A stretch of DNA of 64,000 bases from an uncultured Lentisphaerales bacterium (GCA_943788985.1 CALSSJ010000011.1:144170-208169), one strand, 5' to 3'. Numbered from the stretch's first letter, positions 1 to 10,279 are shown. Notes: generated by a model not told the origin, from the sequence alone. Numbers and translations: made by a program.

Positions 1-66
1 TAGTTTGGGCGCTTGTTTCAGGGGAGAAATGGCCGAATAACCAATAACCAATAGCTGTAGACCAGC

Positions 67-102
67 GAGAAGCCAACGAACATTAGAAGCTCGTTGGCTC
101 TC
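67..102 (-). terminator. Hairpin just downstream of the carboxylase stop codon; possible terminator or stabilising stem
   Basis: AGCCAACGA (71-79) is the exact reverse complement of TCGTTGGCT (91-99), extendable past a bulge; no clear U-tract on the minus strand. Confidence 0.4.
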
Positions 103-108
103 ACACCG

Positions 109-3100
109 CTAGACGGGACGCACGACGAAGAGCAGGTCTCCTGAGCTCACGGCCTGACCCGAAGGAGCAGCAATGCGGACTACCTGGAATTTTTTATCCG
201 GATCATAGATCACTTCATCGGAGCGATTATAGTCGTTGAGCGTGATGGGACGAAAGACCTTCATGGCTTCGAGCAGGCACACGGTCTGGTCCGTCGTGAC
301 GACGTCTCCCGGTTCTACAAACTGAGGATCGCTGGGAGAAGCTTGGGTGTAGAATATGCCGGTACCAGAGGCCACGACTTTCAATTCATCCGTACCATCG
401 ATGCGCAGGGATTCGGCATCAAAGCCACCCTTGATGTCGCCGGCTGCTGCTTCGATCTCCGCACAGAGTTCGTTGCAGTCAATGCGCTTGAAGAATGCCG
501 GCAGATAGCGCGTGTCGTAATCGCCAGCTAGGAAGACCTCGTCCTGAAGGACCCGGCAGACCAGTGGGATGTTGGTGCAGATCCCGCAGATTTTTACGGA
601 TTGGAGATAGCTGAGCAGTTTTGCGACGGCATCGTCGCGGTCTTTTCCTTTGGCGATGATCTGGGCGATCATGCTGTCGTAATATGGCGGAATCTGCTTT
701 CCCGTGGCGGCCATGGTAATGATGTCGACGCGGTCGTCTTCGGGAAACACGCACTCGGTGATTTCACCGGGGTGTGGTTCGAAGCTGACGTCACCATTGG
801 CATCTACGACAGCTTTTTCGGCATTGACGCGAGCTTCGATCGCATAGCCAATTTCCTTGGGCTCAATCGCAGAGATCGAACGTCTTGCGGCGATATCAAA
901 TTGGCTGGTGACAATGTCCACATCGGAGACAATTTCAGTCACGGGATGTTCGACCTGCAGGCGGGTATTCATCTCCATGAAGTAGGCTTCGCCAGACTCC
1001 AGGTCGAAGATGTACTCGACAGTGCCGGCACCGATATAGTCGATGTCGTCTGCGATCGCGGCAGCGTTCTTGAACATCTGCTGCTTGAGTTTCTCGGGCA
1101 GCATCGTGGAGCTAGACTCTTCAAGAATTTTCTGGTTATTGCGCTGTACGGAGCAATCACGCAGCCCCAATACCTTGGTGGTGCCGTGGCCGTCACGCAG
1201 GATTTGGATCTCTACATGACGCAGGGAGACGATGCATTTCTCGATATAGACATCGCTGTTGCCGAAGGCGCTTCGGGCTTCGGCTGAGATCTTGAGAAAA
1301 GACTCTTCAAGGAGGGCAGGGTCCTCGACGATCTGAATCCCCTTTCCGCCACCGCCGTGGACGGCTTTCAGGATGATGGGGTAGTCAATGTTGTCGCAGA
1401 TGTCTTTGGCCGCGGTCGCCTTGGTCACGATACCGTGGCTCCCGGGGACCACAGGAATTTTGAGCCGCAGGGCAGTGTTGATGGCGTTGGACTTGTTGCC
1501 CATCAACTGCATGCTGCGAGCGCTTGGCCCGAGGAAGTTGATGCCGTGGGCATGGCACATGGCGGAGAAATGCGGGTTCTCAGAGAGAAAGCCAATGCCG
1601 GGGTGAAGCGAATCGCACTGCTCGCGCTCGGCAATACGGACAACGCTGCCGGCGTTGAGATAGCTCTCATCCGAGGTGTTGCCACCGAGGCAGACTAGGG
1701 TGTCGTTGTCGCCGAGCATTTCTGCGGGCACGGAATCCATATCCGCATCTGATTGGACGAGGACCACCTGAATGTCATTCTTCTGTGCGACGCGCACAAG
1801 CTTGACTGCGGTACACCCTCGGGCGTGTATCAAGACGCGCTTGACCGGCCGGAGCAGGTCCATCGAGTGGGTCATGGTGGCCATTTCCTGCTCTTCGGGC
1901 TCACTGCCGATATCGTCAAGGACTCCTTCCTTCAGGATGCGCATCAGGACGTTGGTCACAGACTCTTCGGCAATCGGGATCGCGCGATCGATTTCGCGGA
2001 GCTTGTCGTCCAAGTCGTCGACGAAGGGATGCCGGACGAGGCCTTGCATAGCACCCGGTGTCTCGGACAGATAGTTCGAGAGCGTAGAGGTGCTGGGCAG
2101 GTAGGCCGGAACCACGATTTGGCCGGCAAATGGCATATTTGTGCCGGAAAAATAGTAGGTCTGTGCCAGTGGGTGGGTGACAAAGCTCGCCTGCGCGCCA
2201 CCGGTACAGTCGCCAAACCCGAAGATGATGATCGGCAGGTTATTATCCCGCACGAACCGCGTGATTCGGTCGTTTAGGATGGCCATCGAAAAGAGTGACC
2301 CTGCTCCTTCCTTGGTCTGCATACCACCGGATGAGACGAAAGCGACCACGGCGTGTCGTTTGCGTGCGCAGGTGACGAGCAAGCGACAAAATTTCTCGCA
2401 GCTGGCCATATCGAAGGCACCAGCTTGAAAGTCGAGATTGGAAATGGCGACGCCAACTTTGCGCCGGAGTGGGCCCTTTAGCTGGGCGATTCCAGTGACT
2501 AGACCGCATGGCTTGATGTCACGGGACAGCGCTTGCTCGATAGACAGGCGAAAACCGGGGAACTTAACCGGATCGGCGGTCATTAGGCTGGCGTCGGTTT
2601 CTGCGAATGTGGAGAAGAAGGTTTCCTGGATGGAGCTGACATTGCTGACGCGCTTCTTTTTGACCCGCTGCAGAAGATCATGAATGAGGATATCTTGGTA
2701 GGCTATGGCCAAGCGATTCCAAAAATCCTTCATACCCAGATCACGAGGGGTGATGCGCCCCAAATATTCGCGACCGGCAATTTCGCATTCGTAGTACTCA
2801 GGCAGCAGGTGCTCGAAGGTAAAGGTGATGATCGCAAACAGTGGTTCGGGTATGCGCGGGAATACGACTTTCTTCCAATCTTCTACGGACTTCAAGATAC
2901 GCCCGCGCTGAGAATGGTGGATGAAATGATTCAGCCACAGATAGAATTGGTCTTTGAGCTGGTTCTCAATGCGCCGGCTGCCCTCGGTCGCAGGTTGCTT
3001 GGCAGCGAGTTCCTTGGCTGCTTTCTCGAGCGGCTCTTCGATCAGGCGGCTGATGGAGTCGCGCGAGATCACGTTCTCGTCCTTCACTTCACGCGCAATG

Positions 3101-4656
3101 GCGATCTGATTGTGGATGATGTTGTCGTAGATAAGGTCGAAGATCAGCACATTCTGACACTCTTCGATGAAGCCGTCGCGAAGCTCATCGTGCAGCAGGA
3201 GGTCTAGGACCGTGGCGTTGTCGCCGGTGCGTGCCTTGCGTCCTGGGTTAGAGCGCAGATGATCAATCAGCAGCAACAGGCTGCTGTGGGCACCGGACTT
3301 CCAGAGACTGTAGAGGTAAAAGATGACTTGCAGATAGAGATCGTTCCGCGCCTGCATGAACTTGGTGGACGGATTGCCGCGAAGCAGCTTCATCAGCCGG
3401 CCGCGCTCGGCACCCAGCGCATGCCGACGATCCATGAATACTTTCCAAGCCTTACTCAGGTGATCATCGTAGCGAATCTCGAGAGGGTTCTCGACCCACT
3501 GCTGGAAGGCGTTAGCGTGCTCCATGCGGCGTCTTTCTGAGAGTTCGCCCTGGGGCACTTCTACGGTTGTGAGCCGGCCGTAGCTCTCGATTGTTGTTGA
3601 TTGAATGCGCTGGCGCAGGCCGAGGTAGCGCAGGTAGCGGTAGGTGGATCCAAAGACGCCGAACTGGCTCGGGTTGCGCGGGCGCAACATGCCGGACTGT
3701 CGCTCAAACTGTGAGAGTGCGTCGCCGGGCTCGAGGAAGCGATAGACGCTGCGCGAGTAATGGTCAAAGATCTCCGGACGCTCGCTGACGAATAGGCCAG
3801 CGGTCTCTTCGAGGGAGGCGATGCCGCTAGCGATCGCATCTGTGAGATTTCCTTCGTTCTCTTTCTCGCCGGGGACGTAATCGATAATGCCGTCTACGTA
3901 GCCCTGCTTATACAGCTCGTAGGATGAGACGCCGACGTACTTGGCGCATTCCTGCCATGACAAGTCGTACTTGCGGGCGATGCTTGCCATTCCCGGTGGC
4001 TGAATCGTGTTAAACACGCCGTCGCGGACTGTCAGTAGCAGATTTGTGGTGGCAAGTGGGATTGCGCCGCCAGAATATCCGGCGCCAATCACGATCCCGA
4101 TTGTTGGGACGTGTAAGAGCGCCATTTCGGCGATCAGCCGTGAAATCGCGTGTGCTTGATTATCGCGATTGGCCTGGTCACCTGCGTCTGCCCCGGGGGT
4201 GTCAATGAGCGTGATCACTGGAAGCGAGAACTCGGCAAACTTCTGCACCAGTTCCACGGCTTGGAGGTGGTGAGAGGGGAGCCAGACGCCGTTGTTGGCG
4301 GTTCGCTCCTGCCCCAGCACGCCAACTCGCCGCGGGCTGCCATTGAATAAAATTTCGACCTCGGCTGCGTAAAGCGGGCCATCAATGGTCTCGCGCAGGA
4401 TCGTGCCAAGGCGCTTTACTGTGGCTTTGGCCCCTGGTCTGTTCTTCTGTTCAGAAGGCGTGACTGAGCGTGCAATGTAGGCGTCTACAGGCAGCGCTTG
4501 TAGCGACTTCACTTGGGCGTGAATGGTTCTCGCTGGGAGCACGCCCCGCAAGCGTCTCGAGGCTGTCGTGTGGAGGCGGGGGAAAAATGCAGAATCGTTG
4601 GATTCCTGCTCCGCCATCTGGAAAAGTTGATCAAGCCCGCTCGTTCTCTTGGCCAT
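109..4656 (-). CDS. Single-chain acetyl-CoA carboxylase-like protein: carboxyltransferase alpha + linker + carboxyltransferase beta + biotin carboxylase + biotin carrier domain
   Basis: AccA-like LIDTPGA and GYSGGA; AccD-like SSGGMQTKEG and CTGGAQASF; BC motifs HPGIGFLSEN, KAVHGGGGKG, RDCSVQRNNQK, MEMNTRLQVEHPVTE, PYYDSMIA; C-terminal biotinylation motif EAMKV. Confidence 0.93.
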   Translation of the reverse strand: MAKRTSGLDQLFQMAEQESNDSAFFPRLHTTASRRLRGVLPARTIHAQVKSLQALPVDAYIARSVTPSEQKNRPGAKATVKRLGTILRETIDGPLYAAEVEILFNGSPRRVGVLGQERTANNGVWLPSHHLQAVELVQKFAEFSLPVITLIDTPGADAGDQANRDNQAHAISRLIAEMALLHVPTIGIVIGAGYSGGAIPLATTNLLLTVRDGVFNTIQPPGMASIARKYDLSWQECAKYVGVSSYELYKQGYVDGIIDYVPGEKENEGNLTDAIASGIASLEETAGLFVSERPEIFDHYSRSVYRFLEPGDALSQFERQSGMLRPRNPSQFGVFGSTYRYLRYLGLRQRIQSTTIESYGRLTTVEVPQGELSERRRMEHANAFQQWVENPLEIRYDDHLSKAWKVFMDRRHALGAERGRLMKLLRGNPSTKFMQARNDLYLQVIFYLYSLWKSGAHSSLLLLIDHLRSNPGRKARTGDNATVLDLLLHDELRDGFIEECQNVLIFDLIYDNIIHNQIAIAREVKDENVISRDSISRLIEEPLEKAAKELAAKQPATEGSRRIENQLKDQFYLWLNHFIHHSQRGRILKSVEDWKKVVFPRIPEPLFAIITFTFEHLLPEYYECEIAGREYLGRITPRDLGMKDFWNRLAIAYQDILIHDLLQRVKKKRVSNVSSIQETFFSTFAETDASLMTADPVKFPGFRLSIEQALSRDIKPCGLVTGIAQLKGPLRRKVGVAISNLDFQAGAFDMASCEKFCRLLVTCARKRHAVVAFVSSGGMQTKEGAGSLFSMAILNDRITRFVRDNNLPIIIFGFGDCTGGAQASFVTHPLAQTYYFSGTNMPFAGQIVVPAYLPSTSTLSNYLSETPGAMQGLVRHPFVDDLDDKLREIDRAIPIAEESVTNVLMRILKEGVLDDIGSEPEEQEMATMTHSMDLLRPVKRVLIHARGCTAVKLVRVAQKNDIQVVLVQSDADMDSVPAEMLGDNDTLVCLGGNTSDESYLNAGSVVRIAEREQCDSLHPGIGFLSENPHFSAMCHAHGINFLGPSARSMQLMGNKSNAINTALRLKIPVVPGSHGIVTKATAAKDICDNIDYPIILKAVHGGGGKGIQIVEDPALLEESFLKISAEARSAFGNSDVYIEKCIVSLRHVEIQILRDGHGTTKVLGLRDCSVQRNNQKILEESSSTMLPEKLKQQMFKNAAAIADDIDYIGAGTVEYIFDLESGEAYFMEMNTRLQVEHPVTEIVSDVDIVTSQFDIAARRSISAIEPKEIGYAIEARVNAEKAVVDANGDVSFEPHPGEITECVFPEDDRVDIITMAATGKQIPPYYDSMIAQIIAKGKDRDDAVAKLLSYLQSVKICGICTNIPLVCRVLQDEVFLAGDYDTRYLPAFFKRIDCNELCAEIEAAAGDIKGGFDAESLRIDGTDELKVVASGTGIFYTQASPSDPQFVEPGDVVTTDQTVCLLEAMKVFRPITLNDYNRSDEVIYDPDKKFQVVRIAAPSGQAVSSGDLLFVVRPV

Positions 4657-4832
4657 TGTCTTCCCGCATCAAATTAAAGGTCTGGTGGGCGGGGTCGTCC
4701 CGCACCGAAAGGGTACCGCGCAGCAACGGCTTTGCAAACCTGAACGGAGGCTTCTGGGGCTCGTCTTGGTCATTGACTGGGCTAAGTTTCCATCCCTTAC
4801 ACTAGAGAGCCGCATTTGCACAGCAGAGCAAG

Positions 4833-5297
4833 ATGTAGGACGACTTCGACCTACAAAAGGGCCCATCAGTGGTTCGGTGCGGCCGCGAATGGGGAAGCGT
4901 GGAGCCTGCTTGAGAAGGCGGAGTTGGCCGCTGAGGAGGCTGATCTGCTGCTGCGGGCGGCTTTCGCTTCCCCTACCATTGGTATCAGGTGCGCCCTGAC
5001 TTGAATCGCTCACGCGCCGATTGCCAGGTCGCATTTGCCTGTGCGCGGGTTGGACTTGGGGGCGAGGCGCTGCACTTCGCGGCGCGTGGTTTCTTCCGTA
5101 CTTGCGAGCACGAGGTGGCGAAATGGGAACAGGCCTTTGCCCATCTGGCGGTCTCCGCCGCTGCGCATGCTGCAGACGTATCGGGGGTGCATCGCGACCA
5201 TTACGATCGCGCTGTTGAGGTGTGGGCACAGCTGAGCAGCGAGAATAAGACGCTGTTTGACGTCTCGCTCGCAGTGGTTTCCAAGCCACATGCCTGA
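4833..5297 (+). pseudogene. Helical (TPR-like) hypothetical protein, disrupted or mis-sequenced
   Basis: Joining frames gives M*DDFDLQK-AHQWFGAAANGEAWSLLEK...AAFAS-YHWYQV...LNRSRADCQVA...; needs a TAG at codon 2 and frameshifts near 4860 and 4972. Confidence 0.5.
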
Positions 5298-5373
5298 ATG
5301 TCAGTCTACGTGGCAACTGGTGCGGGCAGGCGGCATAGTCTGAGCTTCGTTCTGTCAATTTCAGGAGTAAGCT

Positions 5374-6756
5374 ATGCCAGGCCAGCCCAACATTGTCGTG
5401 TTCTTTACCGATCAGCAGCGCTGGGATTGTAGTGGGTTGCACGGCAATCCTCTGGATCTGATGCCCAACTTCGACCGTCTGGCACAGGCAGGGACGCACG
5501 TCGCAAACTTCTTCACGTGTCAGCCGGTCTGTGGGCCAGCGCGGGCCTGCATTCAAACCGGGCAGTATGCCACGGTGAACGGATCGTATCGTAATGGCAT
5601 TCCGCTGACCAAGTCGGTAAAGCCTTTGGCGGAGCATTTCAAAGACGCTGGCTATCGCACCGGATATATTGGCAAGTGGCACCTGGCGCAAACTGGCCAC
5701 GGTGCGGTCAATGAGGAGGATCGTGGCGGATATCGTGACTGGCTCGCCGCGAACGTTCTCGAATTCACCTCGCACGACTACCACACCGCCCTCTATAATG
5801 AGGACAATGCTGAGGTAGAGCTGCCTGGCTATCGCTCCGATGCCATGGTGGATGCCGGAATTCGGTACATCAATGAGCACAAAGAGGAACCATTTTTTCT
5901 GTTCATGAGCTTTATTGAGCCGCACCACCAGAATCATGTGGACGACTACCCTGCACCAGATGGATACCGCGAGCGCTACGCAAATCGCTGGGTGCCGCCA
6001 GATCTCGCGGCGCTCGGGGGCAGCACCCAACGCCACCTGGGCGGATACTATGGCATGGTCAAGCGTCTTGATGAAGGGCTGGGGCGGATTACGGACGCGC
6101 TTAAGTCCCTGCAGCTGGATGAAAACACCATCGTCGTATTCTTTAGTGATCACGGGTGTCACTTCAAGACCCGAAATGCCGAGTATAAGCGCTCCTGTCA
6201 TGAAAGCTCGCTCCGAGTGCCCTGTATGTTTCACGGCGGTCCATTCGCCGGTGGCGGTCGTCGTGACGAGTTGGTCAGCCTGATTGACCTCCCGCCAACA
6301 CTGCTGGACGTTGCTGGAATAGACGTGCCTGATTCGATGCACGGGCAATCACTGCTTTCGCGGGTAGAGCGCACCGGGGCGGACTGGCCGGACCACGTCT
6401 ACTTTGAGACCAGTGAGGCAGAGACTGGGCGCGGAGTTCGCACAGAACGCTGGAAGTATCACGTGCGCGCTCCAGAGGATGCCGCCGTCGTCGATGGCAA
6501 GTCGGACGTGTATGAGGAGTCGTTTCTCTACGACCTGCAGGCCGATCCGTATGAGTTGGCAAACTTGGTCGGAATCGAGTCCTACGGTGGGATTAGGTCT
6601 GGCTTGCGCGAAAAGTTGATGGAGCGACTCGCGTTCGTGGGTGAAACGCCGGAGATTGCGCCGCCGCCGGGCACTCGCGGGGGGCAACGAATGGTTGCCG
6701 ATAGTGAAGTTGCTTCGCTTGGGTTTTCACACAATATTCCCGGGAGGTCGCGATGA
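5374..6756 (+). CDS. Sulfatase (Cys-type, formylglycine-dependent)
   Basis: PNIVVFFTDQQR, CGPARA (CxPxR), GYRTGYIGKWHL, SDHG, LYDLQADPYE; RBS AGGAG. Confidence 0.95.
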   Translation: MPGQPNIVVFFTDQQRWDCSGLHGNPLDLMPNFDRLAQAGTHVANFFTCQPVCGPARACIQTGQYATVNGSYRNGIPLTKSVKPLAEHFKDAGYRTGYIGKWHLAQTGHGAVNEEDRGGYRDWLAANVLEFTSHDYHTALYNEDNAEVELPGYRSDAMVDAGIRYINEHKEEPFFLFMSFIEPHHQNHVDDYPAPDGYRERYANRWVPPDLAALGGSTQRHLGGYYGMVKRLDEGLGRITDALKSLQLDENTIVVFFSDHGCHFKTRNAEYKRSCHESSLRVPCMFHGGPFAGGGRRDELVSLIDLPPTLLDVAGIDVPDSMHGQSLLSRVERTGADWPDHVYFETSEAETGRGVRTERWKYHVRAPEDAAVVDGKSDVYEESFLYDLQADPYELANLVGIESYGGIRSGLREKLMERLAFVGETPEIAPPPGTRGGQRMVADSEVASLGFSHNIPGRSR

Positions 6757-7433
6757 AATTTCGGGGATTTGCGGACTCCGCAACACTGGAACAGGAGATG
6801 TGCGACTTGTTGACCGAGACGTTTGGACAAGAGCAGCCCCGTCCGCATGCGGTAATGCTTGCTGGTGGCGGGACGCCTCTGGCTATCTACGAGGCGCTGG
6901 GGCGTCAGAACCTCCGGGCAGGCCGCTCGCTTCATGTCATGTACAGCGACGATCGCTTGGTGCCAGTAACGGATCCCGGGAGCAATTACGGCAACTCACA
7001 GGCCATGCTCGCGGCGTTGCGGCTTCCAGCGGAGCGGGTGATTCGTGTGCGTGGGGAACTGGCACCAGGCCCGGCGGCCCAGGCCTACGGGGACCAACTT
7101 GCGGACTTCGCAGGACGCGGCGGGACTTTTGCGCTGGGGGTGCTCGGGATCGGCAGTGATGGCCATACGGCTTCGCTGTTCTCGCTGGCAGCGGCCCAAC
7201 GCACCGATCGCCTGACTCTGGCTGTGGAACGGCCGGACTTTCTACGCGTCTCGGTGACCCGTAGTGTCCTTTCCCGGTTTCACCACCTGGTGATTCTGGC
7301 CACGGGGGAGGGCAAGCGTGAGATCCTTGAAACGCTTCGTGACGCGCCCGAATCCATTCCTAGTGGCGTGGCACTGGCGGGGCTCAATGTCGAAGTTTGG
7401 ACGGATCTGGTGATCGGTGACCGTGATGCTTGA
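6753..7433 (+). CDS. pgl: 6-phosphogluconolactonase
   Basis: LAGGGTP, SDDRLVP..SNY, LGIGSDGHTASLF; ATGA overlap with the sulfatase stop. Confidence 0.88.
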   Translation: MKFRGFADSATLEQEMCDLLTETFGQEQPRPHAVMLAGGGTPLAIYEALGRQNLRAGRSLHVMYSDDRLVPVTDPGSNYGNSQAMLAALRLPAERVIRVRGELAPGPAAQAYGDQLADFAGRGGTFALGVLGIGSDGHTASLFSLAAAQRTDRLTLAVERPDFLRVSVTRSVLSRFHHLVILATGEGKREILETLRDAPESIPSGVALAGLNVEVWTDLVIGDRDA

Positions 7434-8220
7434 TTTTATCCAGCAGATTGCCCAAGAAGCGGGCGCTATGGCGCTTGCTTACCGCGCACGCCTCCATGCC
7501 GTGGCTGTGGATTATAAGTCAGTCCGCGATCTGGTGACTGAAGCCGATCGAGAGATTGAGCTCTATCTGCGCAAGCGCATTGCCGACCGCTATCCAGGTC
7601 ACGGCATTCTCGGGGAGGAATTTGGGGCGAAGCAGGGCGATGCCTACCGCTGGGTGATTGACCCCATTGATGGGACAGGTTCGTTCGTGCACGGGCAGCC
7701 TACCTTCTCCGTCTCGATTGGCGTACAGCATCACGGCGTGGGCGTTCTCGGCGCTGTCGCCGCCCCAGCGCTTGGGGAATTGTTCTTGGCCGAACAGGGA
7801 GCTGGTGCCTGGTGCAATGGCGCGAAAATCTCCTGCAGTACCGCTACAGAGCTGAATCGGTGCATTCTGGCTACGGGCTTTGCCTGTCTGCGCGATGGCG
7901 CGGCGCACAATAACCTCCCGTACTTGCATGCAATTCTGCCGCAGCTACAAGATATGCGCCGCTATGGCTCCGCGGCGATGGACTTGGCCTTTGTGGCTGC
8001 CGGGCGCGTGGACGGCTTCTGGGAGCTAAACCTGCACGAGTATGACATCGCCGCTGGCGTGGTTCTGGTGCGAGAGGCTGGTGGAGTCGTTAGCGACTTC
8101 CATGGGCGGACAGACGACCTGCCTCATCGCGTCCTGGCGTGCAACGCTGAACTGCACGCCAAGATCGTTAGTCAGTTCGCAAAATTGGAGGATGCGCAGG
8201 ATGCCGCGCTCGCAGAGTAG
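7426..8220 (+). CDS. suhB: Inositol monophosphatase family protein
   Basis: DLVTEAD, ILGEE, WVIDPIDGT, RRYGSAAMDLAFVAAGRVDGFWE, DIAAG. Confidence 0.92.
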   Translation: MLDFIQQIAQEAGAMALAYRARLHAVAVDYKSVRDLVTEADREIELYLRKRIADRYPGHGILGEEFGAKQGDAYRWVIDPIDGTGSFVHGQPTFSVSIGVQHHGVGVLGAVAAPALGELFLAEQGAGAWCNGAKISCSTATELNRCILATGFACLRDGAAHNNLPYLHAILPQLQDMRRYGSAAMDLAFVAAGRVDGFWELNLHEYDIAAGVVLVREAGGVVSDFHGRTDDLPHRVLACNAELHAKIVSQFAKLEDAQDAALAE

Positions 8221-8277
8221 TCCGCCTGGCAGGGGCAGAATCCGGCTGGCAAGGAAAAGATTTTTCTTTTTCTCACA

Positions 8278-9067
8278 ATGTGGGTGGACAAGTTCAAGCT
8301 TCCTGCGTAGTTTACGCGCTTTCTCGTTTGGGCTGTGGGCACTTTTTGCCTGCTCGGATGAGGAATGCAACGCTAAGTTGCGTGAGGTCGAACTGGCTCG
8401 CGAACTGGCAGAGGAGGGAGCGCTAGCAGCAACCGCAGCGCTGATTCGGACCGAGCAAACGCTCGACACAATCCGGAGCCGACTCGCCACCGCACAGGCC
8501 GAACTCACGGAGCTCCGCGATCAGCTTGATGTCATTCGTGTGCAAATGGCAAGCCTGCTCGTGAACGAAGAAGTAGTGTCTGAAGCGCAGGCGCTGGTTC
8601 GCTTTGTCAAAGAAGCTGATCAGGCGAAAGCGGCGTTTCATCAGGCCTACGAGGACTTACTGGCCTGTAGGCGGCACTGGGAAGCCCTCCTAGATTCGCT
8701 CGCGGGCCCGGATCGGAAAATTTATCAAGAACAGCTTGATGCAAAACTGGACCTAGTTTTTGTCAGTTTGCAGCGGGCTGAACAGTATTTCAATAGTAAG
8801 GAGAGCGGCAGACACGGAGCAGCAACGGACGACGGATTGCGCGTCTTGAACGTAAATGATGATCTTGAGGTGGTGGCGGTGAATGCCGGCCACAAACAAG
8901 GGCTTCGCATTGGACAGGTTCTATCTGTCGCGGAGGGCAGGGCCAAGGGCGCTGTACTTCGTGTGATTGAGATCAGACCTTCAGTCAGTGCGGCCATCAT
9001 ACAATCAGGACGGCTTAGGCATCTCGCACCCGGAACCCCATTGATTCGCGTCGTAGTGCCGGACTAG
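8278..9067 (+). CDS. Putative lipoprotein: coiled coil plus C-terminal small beta domain; apparent extra base near 8283
   Basis: Removing one G after ATG 8278 gives MWWTSSSFLRSLRAFSFGLWALFAC (lipobox-like) in frame with ORF 8042..9067; heptad-rich middle; C-terminal VAVNAGHKQGLRIGQVL..LRVIEIRPSVSAAII. Confidence 0.6.
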
Positions 9068-9083
9068 TTAGGAGAAGGATAGA

Positions 9084-9542
9084 ATGGAAAAACGCGCTAT
9101 TTCAAAATACCGTCGAATCTCGGCGTTTAAAGCACGTGATATTACTCGCCTTATTCAAGGCAAGTCTATCGACGAAGCGCTACGCATGCTTGCGTTTGCT
9201 CCGCAGAAGGCTGCCCGGCTGGTGGAGAAAACACTACGCTCTGCAATAGCAAATTATGAGCAAGCGGTGGACGGCGATGTAGACCGCTCGACACTGCTTG
9301 TCAAGGAAGCACTGATCGGCGAAGGCCCGTCAATGAAGCGTATTCGCCCTAAGGCTCGGGGGATGGCTGGCCGCATTATTAAGCGATCCAGTCACATCCG
9401 GATTACAGTCTGGGACGGAGAGCAAGCGAAAGACCTGGTTGCGGACTACTTCGACGATGACGAAGAAGAGACCCTCGCCGGCGATGAAAATGCGGAGACG
9501 GAAGCTTCCGTCGCCGATGACGATCAAGAAAACGAAGGATAG
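9084..9542 (+). CDS. rplV: 50S ribosomal protein L22 with acidic C-terminal extension
   Basis: RISAFKAR..LIQGK, LRSAIAN, EGPSMKRIRPKARGMAGRIIKRSSHI. Confidence 0.97.
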   Translation: MEKRAISKYRRISAFKARDITRLIQGKSIDEALRMLAFAPQKAARLVEKTLRSAIANYEQAVDGDVDRSTLLVKEALIGEGPSMKRIRPKARGMAGRIIKRSSHIRITVWDGEQAKDLVADYFDDDEEETLAGDENAETEASVADDDQENEG

Positions 9543-9556
9543 GGAGGTAGCAGCCC

Positions 9557-10279
9557 GTGGGCCAAAAAGTAAATCCTATCGGTTTCCGCGTATCGGTAAC
9601 CAAAGATTGGCGCAGTCGCTGGTTCGCTCGTAAGCGCGAGTTCGGTGACATGCTGCACGAGGACCTGAAGATGCGTCAGTTCGTGCAGACGCAGCTGTCT
9701 CAGGCAGCGGTGTCGCGGATCCAAATTGAACGTTTCGCCAGCCGGATTCGTCTCACCATTCACACGGCTCGTCCGGGAATGGTGTTTGGACGGAAGCGCG
9801 CTGAATATGACGCGTTGAAGAATTCCCTGTTCAAGCTATTAGGCACGAAAGACAAGGACGTCTATGTCGACGTTGTCGAAGTGCGTTATCCTGAGCTTGA
9901 AGCACAACTCGTGGCCCAGAATGTGGCCATGCAGCTCGAACGTCGTGTCGGTTTTCGCCGGGCGATGAAGAAGGCGCTACAGACGAGCATGGATATGGGA
10001 GCAGTCGGAATCAAGATTCGTTGCGCAGGTCGCTTGGGCGGCGCGGAACTAGCTCGCACAGAAGAGTATCGCGATGGCAAAGTGCCATTGCATACCTTGC
10101 GTGCGGACGTGCAGTATGGCTTTTGTGAAAGCGTGACTACTGCCGGTTTGATTGGTGTAAAAGTATGGCTATGTCGGCCGGATAATATGGAGGAAAAGAA
10201 CAATGCCTTTGATGCCAAAAAGGGTAAAGCATCGCAAGGTTCAAAGAGGAAAAATTCGAGGCAACGCGACCAGCGGTAA
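9557..10279 (+). CDS. rpsC: 30S ribosomal protein S3
   Basis: [38 protein letters not shown]. Confidence 0.98.
   Translation: MGQKVNPIGFRVSVTKDWRSRWFARKREFGDMLHEDLKMRQFVQTQLSQAAVSRIQIERFASRIRLTIHTARPGMVFGRKRAEYDALKNSLFKLLGTKDKDVYVDVVEVRYPELEAQLVAQNVAMQLERRVGFRRAMKKALQTSMDMGAVGIKIRCAGRLGGAELARTEEYRDGKVPLHTLRADVQYGFCESVTTAGLIGVKVWLCRPDNMEEKNNAFDAKKGKASQGSKRKNSRQRDQR

Noticed and set aside
36..56. Short AATAACC-type heptamer repeat at the window start
   Set aside because: Fewer than three copies and no context; insufficient to call a repeat element
4669..6348. 559-aa minus-strand ORF
   Set aside because: Antisense shadow of the sulfatase; no recognisable motifs
7426..9084. suhB near r-protein genes as an rRNA antitermination link
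   Set aside because: Separated by another gene, no nus genes or boxA seen, and IMPase paralogues are common
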